From: Neodothiora populina
Lineage: Eukaryota
NCBI RefSeq assembly: GCF_041146345.1
Contig: NW_027191417.1
Span: 1,798,001-1,862,000 of the forward strand
Direction of reading: 5' to 3'
Length of the DNA: 64,000 nucleotides
Within the stretch, counting starts at the first letter, position 1. Each line of letters begins with the position of its first letter. The notes beneath the pieces were generated by a model. That model did not search any database. It had not been told where the DNA came from and was given only the letters and a program-made list of their open reading frames with translations. Shown here piece by piece: positions 40,599 through 53,520 of the stretch. The translations under genes and the position numbers were made by a program.

Positions 40599-41864
40599 AT
40601 GATGATTCCATTCGTTCGGCGTATGCTGTTGTCGTCGGTGGCTGTAGTGCTCTGCATCTACACGATCTATCTGCTGAAGGACTCGGGCTATGTCAGTGAA
40701 ACGGCGAAACAGAATGCTGTCGATATTGTCCACAACGCGGTGCAAGCAGGCGCAGAACTAGGAGGATTGCACCAGGAAGGCGAAACACCACCTCCTGCCT
40801 CGTTGCCGTCGGATTCGCCACCGTCTCCAACTCCCGAGGTCGAATCAATAGCAGACAATAGCAACGAAGCCCAGCCAACTGCAGTCGAGGCCGAGGGCTC
40901 TTCTGAAGTCTCTTCTGCTGAAACGAGCTCCACGACACCCATATCCGTAGACAAATCTACAGACGCAGTGAATGAAACAGACCATCGTCTGACATTTGCC
41001 ACCTTCCTCTCAGGAACCATGATCAATGCTACGCCTGGTGCGGAGGACTATAATAGCAATTTCTGGTTCGTGGCAGCGCGTCTCCTAGGCTACCAACTGC
41101 TGCACCAACCAGACACGAGAACGCAAGCGAGGATCCCATTCATCGTGCTCGTCACTCCAGACGTGCCCAGAGCGATGCGCATCCGCCTGGCCAGAGACGG
41201 CGCCCACGTTGTCGAAATCCAATACGTCACTATCACCGAGCACGCCAGCAGGTTGACGCCGCAGTGGCGAGACGAGATGACCAAGCTGCGCGCGTGGCAG
41301 CTCGAAGGCTTCGATCGCGTTTTATTCCTCGACGCCGCGACGATCGTCAATGAATGTCTTGATGGCGTCTTCGACAGCGACGAGAGCAAGACCATCGACT
41401 CGAAACCCACAAAGGCCGACTCCAAAGAAGACCTACCGCAGAGATACCTACTGGCCGCGATTGCAGGACCAAACGCCGACGAATTCGACACAGGCTTCAT
41501 GCTGCTGCGGCCCTCGGAGAAGGCCTTTAAGCACTACATATCGCTATCCGCGCACCAAAAGCCCAAACCCCACCGCATCAACATCTTCGACACAGAACAC
41601 ATCGACGACCGCACGGAGCTGCTCAACCACGCCCACGCTCCCGACGGCAGCATGCCCTGGCAGCGCCTGAACCCCAGGTGGAATCTGCATTTCGCGCACG
41701 CGAATCGTGGCGGCGATAATGGCGCTGTGGCGAGTATGCAGGATAAGTGGTGGCAGGCGGAAGTGGGTGCTGCGTTGCAGCCGTATTATGATGGCTTGAG
41801 GTGGCGCATGGAAGGCCATTATGAGGCTAGGGATCAGTTGCAGCAGATTAGAATCTCGAGATAG
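40599..41864 (+). CDS. Glycosyltransferase family 8-like type II membrane protein (catalytic motifs degenerate)
   Basis: N-terminal TM helix and acidic stem, then FVAARLLGYQLLH, IPFIVLVTPDV, MTKLRAWQLEGFDRVLFLD, GFMLLRPS and GSMPWQRL..WN, the layout of fungal GT8 proteins. Confidence 0.85.
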   Translation: MMIPFVRRMLLSSVAVVLCIYTIYLLKDSGYVSETAKQNAVDIVHNAVQAGAELGGLHQEGETPPPASLPSDSPPSPTPEVESIADNSNEAQPTAVEAEGSSEVSSAETSSTTPISVDKSTDAVNETDHRLTFATFLSGTMINATPGAEDYNSNFWFVAARLLGYQLLHQPDTRTQARIPFIVLVTPDVPRAMRIRLARDGAHVVEIQYVTITEHASRLTPQWRDEMTKLRAWQLEGFDRVLFLDAATIVNECLDGVFDSDESKTIDSKPTKADSKEDLPQRYLLAAIAGPNADEFDTGFMLLRPSEKAFKHYISLSAHQKPKPHRINIFDTEHIDDRTELLNHAHAPDGSMPWQRLNPRWNLHFAHANRGGDNGAVASMQDKWWQAEVGAALQPYYDGLRWRMEGHYEARDQLQQIRISR

Positions 41865-42473
41865 ATTGGGGGCTTATATGCTTATATCCGTAATTCTTTC
41901 CTTTTCTACTCTGGCCTTGAATGATGCTGTACTATCTGTTTGGTGCGTCGCCACTGCCCAGGTCGCCCGATGCCGTGGTGATATATCATATATCACTGTG
42001 AGGGGGCGTCTCTCAACAAGCATATGCATCTTGCTGTACCGAGTCTCCGACCACTAGGTTTTGTCTACTTGTATGCGAAGTGGACCAGAATTGGCCATCA
42101 CCAAACAGTAGAGCATATATCGAATTAATCGACAAATAGATTGACGAATATGATACAAACGAGGTATTTACAACTGAACAAGCCAAGTATCAAACATGAC
42201 ATTTCCCAAGAAAACAAAATCTATCCATATCTATTGGCTGGTCATACTGTATTGAGCTGTGATGTGAGCTTTTTTTTTGGGTATTCGCTTTTCTAGATTT
42301 AGGACCAGAGCAGGCTGTTTTGTTCTGCTGTAGTCTTGCGTGTCGTATCGATCGTCTTACGTCGTATCTGTGTACTCATATCGTAGCGCTGTGAAGTGTG
42401 TCTACTCCTACATGCATGGTACCTCTGGGGTAGGGATTCTCCAGGTATAGAACGCGTGCAGCTAGGATGTTAA

Positions 42474-45151
42474 TCAGGTCTTGTTTTCGGCCTCTTTGGA
42501 AACCTCTCTGATCCTGGAGACGAGTTCGTCAATCTTGAAAGGCTTGGAAAGCACGCTGTCCATGCCGGCCGTTTTCATGTCTGCCTGCTGTTCTTGTCGC
42601 ACGTTCGCCGATACGCCTATGATCCGAACTCTGGGCAGGGAGTTCTCGGTCTCGTATTCTCGAATAGCTTTCGTAGCTGCATTGCCGTCCATGATTGGCA
42701 TCTCCTGGTCCATCAAAACGCAGTCGAACGCTGGCGACGTGGCGCCTGGGCCGATCGCGGCCTTGTAAGATTCGACAGCATCTTTGCCATTGTTCGCAGT
42801 CACGACTTCGAAGCCCTTTGATTGCATCTTGCGTTTGAGAATTTTCTGGTTGATGAGATTGTCCTCAACAAATAAGATCTTCAGGAAAGGCTGGTCTCCT
42901 TTCGTGCGATCTGTCAGTTGGGTGCGGCGATTGCGCGAAGTGTCCCCATCCTTGTCCTTGACATTCTTCCCATTTTGATCGATGTCGGGCTTTCGAGGGA
43001 TGTTGGACACAATGTCTGCTGTGTGACTCCATCTATCATCATTGTTCGACGAAGGTTCCACTCGTGGCGATTTTAGGGATTCTGGCACATCCTTGTCCTT
43101 TAGGTCCTTTTGTTGTATCTCCTCCGGAATGTGCAGGCCGTTCTGCATCTCTTCTTGATTCATACTTGCCCCATCTGGAGGAGTAGTCTCGCATCGTCGC
43201 ACACGGAAAAAGAACGCGAATGTGCTACCGCTTCCTTCCTTGGAGCTGACACCTATCTCTCCTCCATGTAGTTGACAGATCTTCCGCGAGATATTTAGGC
43301 CAAGCCCACTGCCGCCATAGATCTCCTCGGTCTTCGGAGTGGCCTGCCTGAAACGATCAAAGAGCTTCGTCTGGTTCTCGTTGGAAATTCCTATGCCCGT
43401 ATCACGTATCGCGACCGTGATATACAATGCCTCTCCATTGCCCCATTCGGCGCTGTGTGTCGAGTCCATATGGGTGACTTGATCGTCCAACTCGAAATAC
43501 ACAACATCAGGGGGATATGACGTTGGTCTTTCGATGGATGCTCCAACGTCAACAGCAATCTTTTTAGGCCCCTCTTTCTTAGCGGTAAACTTGATGGAAT
43601 TGGTCATCAGATTCACAAGCACTTGACTGATCCTCACGAGATCGGCCTTGACCCATTCCACCTTGTGCTTATTGTAGGAGGGATCAAGTTGGTAGTCGAA
43701 TCCTATGTGGCGTTTTCGCAGCTCGGGTTGGAAAATCTTCAACGAGTCCGCCATCTGCCGCTTCGGCTGGGTGTCCCTATTTATTTAGATCAGTGTCTAT
43801 TGGTATCTCAACTAGACAAGTTTTACTGCTTACTTTGGGGCAAGTGATAACATAGAGGCGTCGAGTTTCGAAAAGGACAGTACATCGTCGACAAGTGTCT
43901 TCTGATGTCCCACACATATCGATATAGTCTCACAAGCTTCTACGATATCATCGACGTTTATCGTGTCGGACCTGATCTTGCCATAATCAATCGCCTCAAG
44001 AATGTCTTCCTGGCAATGGAGTACCGCGCCTAACGGATTTCGGATTTCGTGACTGGACGACTTTAGATCAGACGACGAGAAGTTTAGCAAGTATTATTCC
44101 ACTCACCTCAGCATGTCGATGAAACGCTCTTGTTGTCGCTTACGTTCTTGAGCGTCCCGAGCTGCCTTCTTCTCCGAGAGTTCGGCAGCCTTGATCTTTG
44201 TAATGTCGACCACAGCACAGATGAAACCACCATAGCGTTTCAGACTAGCCTTCTCCAGATTTTCATCCTCAAGAGGACGCATGAGGAAAAGTCTCCACCT
44301 GGTCTCAATGTTAGCTGCATGGATGGCGATCGGTCGCAAGCATATCCTACGGTTCTTCCTTCCCATATGCTCTGAATTCGGTAGATAGATCAGTCCGAGA
44401 CTCGAAGGCCTCGCGGTATGCATTCATGACTCGATCATAGTCTTGCGGATGGATGGTTTTGGGCCATTTCTTGAATGATTTGTCGGTCCCTCCGTGGACA
44501 GTCAACTCATGAAATTGTTGGTTGACAAACAATGCCTCAGCTTGGTGGTCTAGTATTGCCAGTCCAGTCTATCTATAGTCAGAACATATATCCACGGCTA
44601 GTAATCGAGGAGCATCGCACCGGAAGCATCTCTGCAAACTTCTGGAAGAATGGCTGACGATCGAGAGAAATTCGTTGATTTGTTGGGCTGGAATCGAAGT
44701 TTCCTTTCGACGGATTCATCTCGTGCATGTGCTGTTCTGCATGACCACCTATGTGGCAACCAGAATCACATTGGTTGTCCGCGTTTTGTTGTTCTCCTTG
44801 TGGGTGGATGACTTGGACTACGATGCCATTCGCTTCACCAACGGTGAATGGACTGTATAATACAGGCCAATCTCGAAGGTGCTGTCTACCCTCAACATCA
44901 AAGGCTTGCACGGTCATACTCGAAGGCACGTCTCCATTCATGGCTGATCGTAATGTTTCTGCAAGTTCCTCAGGGACTACATCTTTCAGCGGTCCTCCTT
45001 GTTCAGTAGGAGTGCCCAGCAACTGCGCCCAGGGTTTGTTTTGCAACATAACAAGATCGTGTCCCACAAACATAGCAGCTGCAGATTGTAGAGATTCCAC
45101 GAACGCAGATATATTCTGGAGGCCTGCAGGCCATTCGCGCGCTGGACCCAT
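42474..45151 (-). CDS. Hybrid sensor histidine kinase (PAS, HisKA, HATPase, receiver)
   Basis: Exons 45151-44621, 44568-44351, 44298-44107, 44052-43834, 43776-42474. H box SHEIRNP, N box NLMTNSIKFT, DTGIGI, GSGLGL, receiver VEDN..MDQEMPIMDG..KP. The start may include a small extra upstream exon near 45250. Confidence 0.93.
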
Positions 45152-46755
45152 TGCATTCTCTATCCTATTCCTATTCAGCAAAAAGCCGTTTGCAAGGGTT
45201 GAGAGGGTTTCACTTTGAGGACAGGCAATTTTCATTCGTGCTTACGCCCATATCGGGATTGCCTCTTAGGCAAAGGAAAGTTTCTGTTGTTCTCAGGTCC
45301 ACGCTTGATCGGATTGTAGTTGTAGGTGCTGTTGCCTGTCCAGAATAGAGCAAACTCCTCGTAATGCAAACCCCAATTACCAGGGTAGTCGATGTGAAAT
45401 TTCCCTTATGCGACACGCTGCCTAGTGTGATAGCATCAATAGCAGTCGTTGCATATTACTGTGTACAAACATGAAGTCGTTTGAGGAAACCGCGGAAGGC
45501 GGAGTGTCGATCACTGTCGTCATGATGTCATCATACTCACCTATAATGCGATCTCATTATCACACTCAACTACCGTGTGCCTTGATTCTAGCTACATGCC
45601 ATGACATTTTATAATGCAGTATAAGGCAAAAACTCAGTGTTCCTGAAGATCATGGGTGGGTACAGTATAAGATACACGTGGACTAAGCAGGGACTATCTG
45701 CGGATTAAGGACACAGCTCGCTAAATGTGGTTTGTGTAACAAGTTAGACAAAAACGTTGCATAAAAGCGCATTCGGAACTTCCATCTGCAGTGCACATCT
45801 AACTATAGCGTATTTGGGAGTACCCAGGCACCATTGCGATTTGTACACCCCTCTGGTCCAATATTGCAATAGATTAAGACTTGTGAATGTTGTTCAGCAT
45901 AATCACGGGAGACTTAGCCTTAGGAAAGATCGGGCAACTGCGGCACCCAGGGTCCCGGACTCTAATCGATCTACACCTAGGCGATCACCGCATCGTGGAT
46001 ATTCTGCACAAGCCGATATACGAGCCTAGCGGCTTGCGTGTAACGCCTCGTACCGACGTTCATGTTGCCGGGCTACATGAACTGATTGACTTCACCACAT
46101 CAGAGCTAAGGTAGGCACACAATGAACAAAGGGTCTTACATCATGTCGTGAAAATGTGCCACAAAAGTCTCAATTTTGTCGTAAGTATGCGTTGCCTTAT
46201 AAGCATTATTGAAATCCTCATGCATCGTGAAACAGTACGAGTACGGTGGGTGCGTCGTTTTCCCTTCGCCAACGGCAAGTGGAAAGAAGTATGACCGAAT
46301 TTCTCTCCTTCCATGGGTCTTGCCATATGGTACAGTAACTCTAAAGACCTAGTCTTATTCACGAAGGCCTTTACGCTTTGACTAGTACCCTGGACGAACT
46401 GCAATTGGACAGTCCAATGACAGATGCACTGATGCGCCTTCGTTTCGACTCCCGCTTTAGCTCAAAGGCAGATCTCGAGTGGGGCCCTTGAACAGATCTA
46501 TACTGCACAGTATCAACGGCACATCTAGCGGGGATGTCGATTTCTCATCTCATTACTGGGTGGAAAGTATCGCTAGACCAAAGCGGTAGGTGCTTCGCAG
46601 GGCACTCAGTGGTTCGTTTCAGATACGCTCTCATATTTTACATATATCGTATCTTTACCCACCTCGAGAGGATTTTACCCGTTTATGCAGGCGTGCAAAT
46701 ATTTGTTTGGTCTTCTTGTACCCTTCGATTCCTGCCTTCGATCCCAGCCTTCACA

Positions 46756-48276
46756 ATGGATACTGAGCTATACGAAATCTGGGTGAGCGTTGTACAATCA
46801 TTGCCTACCTGACAGGTATCTGACCAAGCTTGCGCAGACATGGTACATCTTGGGTGCTCTGATCATCCTTAGCCGATTCATTGTCCGAATCAGGACTGTC
46901 GGCTTGAGAGGCTTCCAAGGCGATGACTACATAACAATTCTTGTATGTCAAAACAGTGATATCTATCATGTTATAGCGAGAAGCTGACTCAAACCTGCAG
47001 ACGCTGTTATTCTATACGTTGGACGCGGCGTGTGTCACCATTGTCTGTGAGTCGAATGCTTGAAGGGACTCCAAACTATGGGTTTTTCTCTAATGCATTG
47101 GAATCCAGTTCACACGGGTCAGAATATCGATGTTACCGAGAGCATGATACCCAGCCTTACGGCCAGCGACATCAGTCGCTTAGAATATGGCAGTAGGATA
47201 GAGCTCACGGCATGGTGAATGATGCTGAAATCCTGCTTGCGTTCAATGAACATACACTAAATCGCTAGGTACAGGTACAGCTATACGACTCTCATTTGGT
47301 GCATGAAGTTCACAATGTTATTCTTCTAGTGCGAGCTTTTAATCCTTCTACCCAGCTGTCTTTAAGACTAACTATCCGTATAGTAAACGTTTGACCCTTG
47401 GCTCTTTGCACAATCGACTGGTCAACTACTTGTTCTGGGTTTGTGGAGCCGCATATATTGCAGTATTCCTTACTATTTCCTTAGGATGCTATCCGTTAGT
47501 AGCCACTTCCACTCCTTTGACACAGTGTGGCTTACCAAAATCACGACAGGATACAATTGAATTGGCAGGTAGTTCCTATACCGCCATGGAAGTGCAGATT
47601 CCGACCTCAACTCTTCGGTGTCGTGGCTGCGCTCAACATCGGTACTGATATCGCATTGCTTTCCGTTCCTGCACCAATGCTTTGGAAGCTGAAGATCCCC
47701 CTGCGCCAGAAGCTCATCATCTCCTTGCTTCTTTCGTCCGGCGTCTTCGTCATCGTAGCTGCTATCATTCGTGTCGTCTACTCGCTAGACGCCGAACCGA
47801 GTGCCAGTAACATCAACAGGTGGGTCTCAAGTGAGAGGCATGGGGCGAAAACGAAGCCCTTGACTTGAAAAGTTGCCTAACACTGTCTCAGATGGGGAGT
47901 TCGAGAAACCATCATTGGTCTGTTCGCCATCAACATCCCAATCCTGCGACCAATTTTCAGGAGGACCTTCTGGACTTCGGGCAAATACGATCCTTCGTCT
48001 CCTCCTTCGGCGGGCTCGCGTCCCACGAACAGCAAGCGCTACAAATCATCTGGTCTCAGCGGATGTGACGTTGAACTCGGCACGACAACCGTGAAGAGCA
48101 TAACTCCTAGGCGCGCGAATAGCACTTCATCGCAGGAGAATCTTGTCCGTATGGGCAAGGACAACGTAGTCTACGTACAGACCACATACGATATTCAGAG
48201 CCACAGCCGTCAGGATGTGGACAGTGTGAAAGTATACGACAAGGACTGGGACGACAGAACGGTCACGACACCGTAA
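46756..48276 (+). CDS. PTH11-like/Sat4-like integral membrane protein (fungal rhodopsin domain, no CFEM)
   Basis: Eight exons join in frame through seven GT-AG introns. RFIVRIRTVG..GDDY, LIWCMKFTMLFFYKRL, LNIGTDIALLSVPAPMLWKLKIPLRQKL and WGVRE..NIPILRP. Confidence 0.88.
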
Positions 48277-50421
48277 AGGTCAAGCTGTATCAGTCAAAAC
48301 ACTTTTAGCTTCACACATACACAATTTTTTAATCTCTTTTGATTGGCGTGGCCAACTGCAGTATCCTTGTATATAACCAAATGAATCAAAATCATCACGA
48401 CCCAGTTTTCCAGTCCTATGTGATTGCTGTGTCTCCCGACATCTCCCTCCAAGTAACAACTCCATCGCACCTCGAAGATCAGTCAAGACTGAGGCAACTG
48501 AACCCGACGCGATAGCTTCGCAAAGAGTCATGGTCAAGCATCCAGCCTCCCCTCCCTTCCGCTCCGTGGCAGCTGAAGGAAATATCTGAACGCAGAGGAA
48601 TAGCCTTCGCATAACCTCAAGCACGACACCATAACGATCATTTTCAAGGAAGTGTGCGTCATGGACTTCCTGGACATCTCGAAACGAGGTCTTCCCTTCT
48701 GTATCTCAAGATACGCACACTCCTGCAAGCGACCAGTCCTGCCAAGCGCTCTCTCTCTTTCGCGTGGGTCTCAAGAGTCGTCCCCACTGATCCATTATAA
48801 CTCTGCTGGTCGAACGATAATCTTTGTCCAGGCTATGAACTCAAACCTCGGCATTGCTCTTCGCCCTCTCAAGATCCCTCTCGTAATGCATCTCTGCGCA
48901 ACCCTATGAAGGTCTAGAAACATCAACTACCGAGGATATTGTCTCACTACACCTTATTTGTGTACAAGGACCCGACAGAATGGTCCCGGGGCCCAAAACT
49001 GGTTCCCGCGGGCTACGGGCGAACTGCTCGATTTCCCCTTCCACCTTGGTTGGTGGCTGACGGTGATACGCCGGGGTAAAGCCACTAGTGCTGTGAAAGC
49101 GGGATCCTGTGCTCTTCATCAAACTCTAAAACGAAGAGAAACCCAAGGTACAGTAGAGTTCCGCGCGACGCGTGAGAAACAGAAAGAAGAATGGTGGAAG
49201 CTTCCCCCGTTGTGGGTTGCACTTATTCTGTGAAGCTTTTGCTGCACTACTGTCGAGGGTCGAGATGCGTATTGCTGATAAGCGGAGGTTGGGTCAATGC
49301 AGAGATCATTTGTTCCATGTCCCGGATGTTATATGCTTCGGTGAAATGCGTGACCGTGGAATATGCAAACGACTTTCTCCATGTCCCTCCGCGGGGTCTA
49401 GAGATGTACATTTGTGTAGCACGTGGGATATCCAGCGTTTTCCATGCAGAGTAAGAACAAATGGTTTAGTCTGCGTCAATCATCTCCTTGCGCGATTCAT
49501 GTTCAGACGTAGCTTGTCTGATATGTAAAAATAATTTTCTGCTCTCAGTCACTATTGTTTTTCTCTTGTGGTATACTTGATTTTATCTAGATGGGCCGAG
49601 AAGGTGAAACATCCGTGTAGCTTCGTATGCGATTACGGACCTACTGGTTTCTGAAATATATTAATCCGAGAACCGGGATGTTGCCCAAATGTCACTTTCG
49701 ATGTACAGAAATGATCAACACAGCAAGCCCAGCAATGCAGCCTTCGACATCAAGATTGGCGGCCCGCGACCATACACATACTCGTACACATTGTCTTAGA
49801 GTCGAACAGCGGCCTTGAACGGTCAATGTTCATGTTATATACAGTATCTTGCCTACATCCTTCGAGACCTATTGCTGACCTCCCTCCATCAATACATGTC
49901 AATATACCACAGTTGCTTTGGTCAACCAACACATCTACATAAGCAATAAAGTGATTGTCTTCCGGTACAGTATTTCCTCTTATGTGAACAGCCACAACAG
50001 CATCACCATTTTCGTAAGAGCTGAGACATCGATTCTGCCCAACAACCACAGCACGCCCGTCGGGGACGTATACTCGAAGTGTAGTAATTGACGTAGCGCA
50101 CTTCCGTGGCAGTCACTGCTTGCATGTGAAGGCATAGTGCACGTGACACGATGTGAGGTCAAGTATCCATGATTATTGACCTGTTTCTCTACCCGCCCGA
50201 TGTTGCATCGCAGGTGAGCTCCTCGCGGATTTCAACATCACGGACTTCAACATTGCAGTAAGCTGCTTCGTGCAGGAACACGGCAAGCCGGTTGGCAAGT
50301 CTATTTTCTATGACATTGTCATAGATGAATCCAGAGGCGCTGATCGAAACAATATTGCTGCTGGAACATGCTTCAAAGGTCCTCAATAGCAATTGAAGCT
50401 CGCCCTCGTCCTCGTGTGGCT

Positions 50422-52827
50422 CTATCCGATCGGATTGCCAAAGTTGAATTCGGTGTGATCTAGGCTTCCAGCCCACAGGTCTTCATTGATGAGGGTCGGC
50501 GCGCATCCTGCCATCCAACTGGTGGCGTCCCACGTAGGTTCGAAGATGGACGCCATGGATGGATCATACATCTCAGTATTCGAATCACGGAGATGAGAAC
50601 CGCATAGGCTGAGGATCACATCGCGACATTTCCCTGCGCTCGGATTCATGCTTGTCATTGACTGTATCACCTCCAGTGTCGCCTCTATCTGCAAGCGCCA
50701 ACCCAGTGCAAGCGGTGACTGCGGCTTACTTCGGAGACAATGTACTGGAATCAGGACAGCCTGGAAGAGGAAGTATCTAAATTCATCGATCAGTGTTACT
50801 GAACACAACAGAAAACTAGAAATTGAACTTACAGCACGTAGAAGGCGGTCAGTCGAGTCTGATACTTGGTGTTCCAGAAGTTCTGTATGTGAGTAATGGA
50901 CTCCTGAGCAGCTTGGAGACATCTGTCAGTGGCTGCTTGTTCGTCCCATGGAAGCACTTCGTTTTCGGCCTGAAGCGCCCATCGTACTAAGCATGGTCGA
51001 TAACAAATGATTCTCAAATTTCTGAAACGCCAAGCATTGATGCCTTGTACCAAGGCGAATCGAGGATCGATAGTCATTCCAGCATCATCGGTGAAGTACG
51101 GCGGCACTTTCTGCAGCCAGGTGTGAGTAGCAGTATCGTCAAGTGACAGAAGCTGATCGGCCTTCGGTGGAGGATTGCTGATCAAGCGATTGTAGATCAT
51201 CATCGTATGTAGATGATAGGAAGCTTGCTCTCGAATGTACGTTGCAACAGTCGCCTCCTGTACCTCAATTGGCAGCATATTTGTGGCCGAGGTAAGATGC
51301 TATGAGAGTCAGCACATGTCAGAATCGGCATTGTTTGACAAACTTACATCTTCATGAGAATTACTCGGCAGTGCCGCATCTATGCCCTCTTGCGGCCACG
51401 TGAGCGGTCGGCTGTAAGTAATCGTTGCTCCTACATCCAGCACACATAGAGACCACCAGATTCTCCGCCTCATCTCTCGAGTCAAGGTAGTCATCTTCTG
51501 ACCCCCGAGCTCCTTGTGAAGACCCAAACCAATCGCAAGACGAAGGGCAAGACCTCCATAGCTATAACTGCTATTTGGCTTGTTACGTTTCTGCAAATAG
51601 TGCGCTGTCAAACCAAAGATCTGTACCATCGCAATATTTCCCATTTCTAGACAGTTCATCGAGAGATGTTGCTTTGCAGTCCTGAAAATGGCAATATCGG
51701 TATCATCCTGTGAACTTGTGCTGGATACAAAGGCTCCAGTCGCAGCAACCAAGTTCGCCAGGACAAGCCATGTGCCTTGGCTCGGACGAGGAATAGCATT
51801 AGCATACTGTGCCCGGAATGTCGGCTCATGCAGTGCAGGAAAGGTGGGATGATACAGGCTGAAATATGCATCAACAAAGGCGTCCGACATGGCCCGAGTT
51901 ACCAAAGCCTGAGCATGGACTATGGATGTCATCGACGCCTTCTGAGACTGTTTCAACAGCTGTTGCATATGTTGCTGACGCTCGTTCCTGGAGTCGGCAT
52001 CCCACGCTGGCCCTCTGCCCGTCTCCATCCACATAGTCCGCAGATGCGAGGCTCCAGAGGCCGTGCCCAGATAGCCGTAGTTAGCAGCATCTACAGTGAG
52101 AGTAGCCATGCCATCCATGATTTTTTTCACGCCCTCTTCTCCGCCTGCTGACGGTGGCGCAAAGTCACCTGATCCGAGACCGGCAGACGACTGTTCCTGT
52201 TCATCCCACTCGAACTCTTCGTCTGAGTAGTCAGTTGATGGATAAACACCCTCACCCCCTGCTGGACTTGCATCCGGTCTGACCGAAGGCGAGGAAACAT
52301 AGGGTTCATGTTCTGTAGGGGTCGACCACCATGACTGCGATGACTCGATTTTCACAGGCTCTATGGAATGATCATGCTGCTGGTTGGTTGGAGTCGCATG
52401 TAACTGGCCCCCATCCGACATTGACTGTCTTGGTGTCCCATTGTCTGATGAGCGTAATGGGGGAAGCACGGGTATATCTCCCGACACATCCTGATCAAGC
52501 AAAAAAGTAACCTGATCCTCCGTATACAGCCTTTTGAGGATGGCCTCGGCTCGCTGGAGACGGTGCTCAACCTCTGTGAGATGTCTGTTGCAGGCATATC
52601 AGTCCATCATTCTATCCGATAAGCGTCTTGAAAAGTTCGTACTTCCTTGTCAGAGGCGTGCGGCTATGTTTGTCATACAAGCAATGCCGTCTGTAACGTC
52701 TACAAGTCGAGCATTCGGGTATCTTGTGATCGCAATTCGCCTTGCGCCTACGACATTCCTTGCAAGCTAGGTTATCTTCCTGATGCGCAGACCGCTTCGT
52801 AGGAGCAGGAGTCGCGCGCGTAGCCAT
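50422..52827 (-). CDS. Zn2Cys6 transcription factor with a Gal4-like linker and fungal-specific TF domain
   Basis: ACKECRRRKANC..PECSTCRRYRRHCLY then RTPLTRK|HLTEVE. Middle region YFSLYHPTFPALH and AIGLGLH..RRRIWW. Three introns (about 52642-52585, 51346-51300, 50832-50777). Confidence 0.93.
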
Positions 52828-53520
52828 GATGCGCCGGACCAATTATTGTCACAATTTGGTTATACAAGGGCGATAGAGTCCATCTGATCGGGGGGTGAGA
52901 GTCACCCTCGGACACGCGACTGTCTCTATTCAATGGACCCTACGGTAGAATGCGGGGCAATACCGAGTCCTCCTTCCACCCATCACGTTGGCTTCGGGAT
53001 CGACCAAATGTCGCAGTGCGCAACAAATCTCATGCTGATCATTTGGACAAAAGGTCGTTCGAATGTGATGGCGGAAGCTCGCAAATAGACAAGCGGAGGC
53101 GGCGGCAGCAGACTACCATGACATATTGCTGAAATACGGTGTCGAGCCACACACCTATAACGTGATTAAGCATCATCCGATATAGCCTTTGTGACATAAG
53201 GGTTCGCCTGCGTTTAAGCCTCAAGTCCTTGTCAACATGTGCAGTGAGATACGAATACGGTGTCGGTGTTTGAACGAGATAAGGTACGAGAAACATGACC
53301 TTCTTCGATTACTCAGACGGAAGAACTTTATTCAGCACATATCGACATGAGATTTTGCACTTCTGATGAACCTAGCAGAGCCGTGCAGTGACTTCAGGTT
53401 GGTCTCAAAAGATGATTCTCGTCATTCGACTATATACATAACTCATATACGCGGCTCGATGCGTAATGTCATTGCAGGTAAAGATGAAAACATGGAACGT
53501 GATAGCGTGGGGTAATGTCC

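Noticed and set aside
48300..50150. Possible small spliced gene between the PTH11-like gene and the TF
   Set aside because: I could not assemble a consistent exon chain or recognise any homology.
50189..50476. 95 aa ORF overlapping the TF C-terminus in another frame
   Set aside because: Non-ATG start, no recognisable domain and no clear splice route into it.
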